Shown here piece by piece: positions 63,376 through 64,000 of a stretch of 64,000 nt of DNA. Location: contig BFEA01000023.1 of NCBI GenBank assembly GCA_003427395.1, positions 1,579,937-1,643,936 on the forward strand, written 5' to 3'. The DNA is from Chara braunii. Its lineage: Eukaryota; Plantae; Charophyceae. How positions within the stretch are numbered: the stretch's first letter is position 1; each line of letters begins with the position of its first letter. The notes under the pieces were generated by a model. It searched no databases and had not been told where the DNA came from. It saw only the letters and a list, made by a program, of their open reading frames with translations. The position numbers were made by a program, and so were the translations under genes.

Positions 63376-64000
63376 AATCAGTCACGCGTTAGCCACGAGT
63401 CAGCGTTCGTGTCAGAGCCTCTCTTACTGAATTAGTCCTGCCGGTTTAGGCAGTTTGGATGTACTTAGCTCTTGGTTGTATACAGGAGCTAATCTTTAGC
63501 TGTCTCGGGGCAGCAATGAAGAGCTCCGTAGCAGTTATGACTGGAATTGATCTGCCGCTTTAGGCAAACTGGAGTAATTGGATAGAATTTTGAGTAAAAA
63601 AGGGGGAGACTTGGTAACAGTGTTTTAATCTGTTGGTCTGCTAGAAAGAAAAAAAAAAAAACGTGCTCGCCCACTCACTATTTTGTTTTTTTTTCACTTT
63701 TAACTTTTTGTTTTCAGTTTATTTCGGGGCCTAAAAAAAAACTATTATTTTTTGAAAACTTTTTAACGAGTTATTAATTGTGTAAACTACAGATCTGTAA
63801 ATTTTCAGGGTATTCGTCAATGCCAAAAAATAATTAAAAATCGACAAAGATGGCGGTGTCGAAAAGGTGCTGGCACACTCACTCATTTTAATTCTCTTTT
63901 TATTTTTTCTTATTTTTATCATAGTGTTTATTTTCTGTATTTGATTTTAATTCACATTTGGTAAAGAATGTGGGTGTAGTGCCCAGGCAAATGTTGTTTA

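Larger units (their letters stand above)
55775..63657 (+). mobile_element. Full-length degenerate L1/Tx1-clade non-LTR retrotransposon (~7.9 kb)
   Basis: 14-bp TSD AAAACGTGCTCGCC at 55761-55774 and 63658-63671; GGGGG 5' end; ORF1 and ORF2; 3' poly(A). Confidence 0.95.

Overview
Eukaryotic, repeat-dense, gene-poor scaffold with seven N-gaps and four Nextera mate-pair junction adapters (assembly artefacts). Plant-type U6/U2 sequences, a streptophyte mitochondrial trnG and a ciliary gene suggest a flagellate-sperm streptophyte such as Chara (inference, not verified). One host gene is well supported: four exons (1741-16676, +) of an EF-hand DRC8/EFCAB2-like protein with very long, transposon-filled introns. 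The rest is mobile DNA: a full-length degenerate L1/Tx1-clade LINE (55775-63657, 14-bp TSD), a second LINE 3' end, tRNA-derived SINE heads, several MITE families, four U6 and one U2 retrocopies, and minisatellites. Two signals are RNA-structural and invisible in the ORF track. (1) A non-coding repeat family carries a complete type III hammerhead ribozyme with covarying stems (497-552, 5187-5240, 5428-5477; truncated copies at 55167-55369) and ends in (TA)n/(CA)n tracts with inverted, stuttered termini. (2) A ~55-nt hairpin module with compensatory base changes occurs about 19 times, often just before poly(A) and three times in a LINE 3'UTR.
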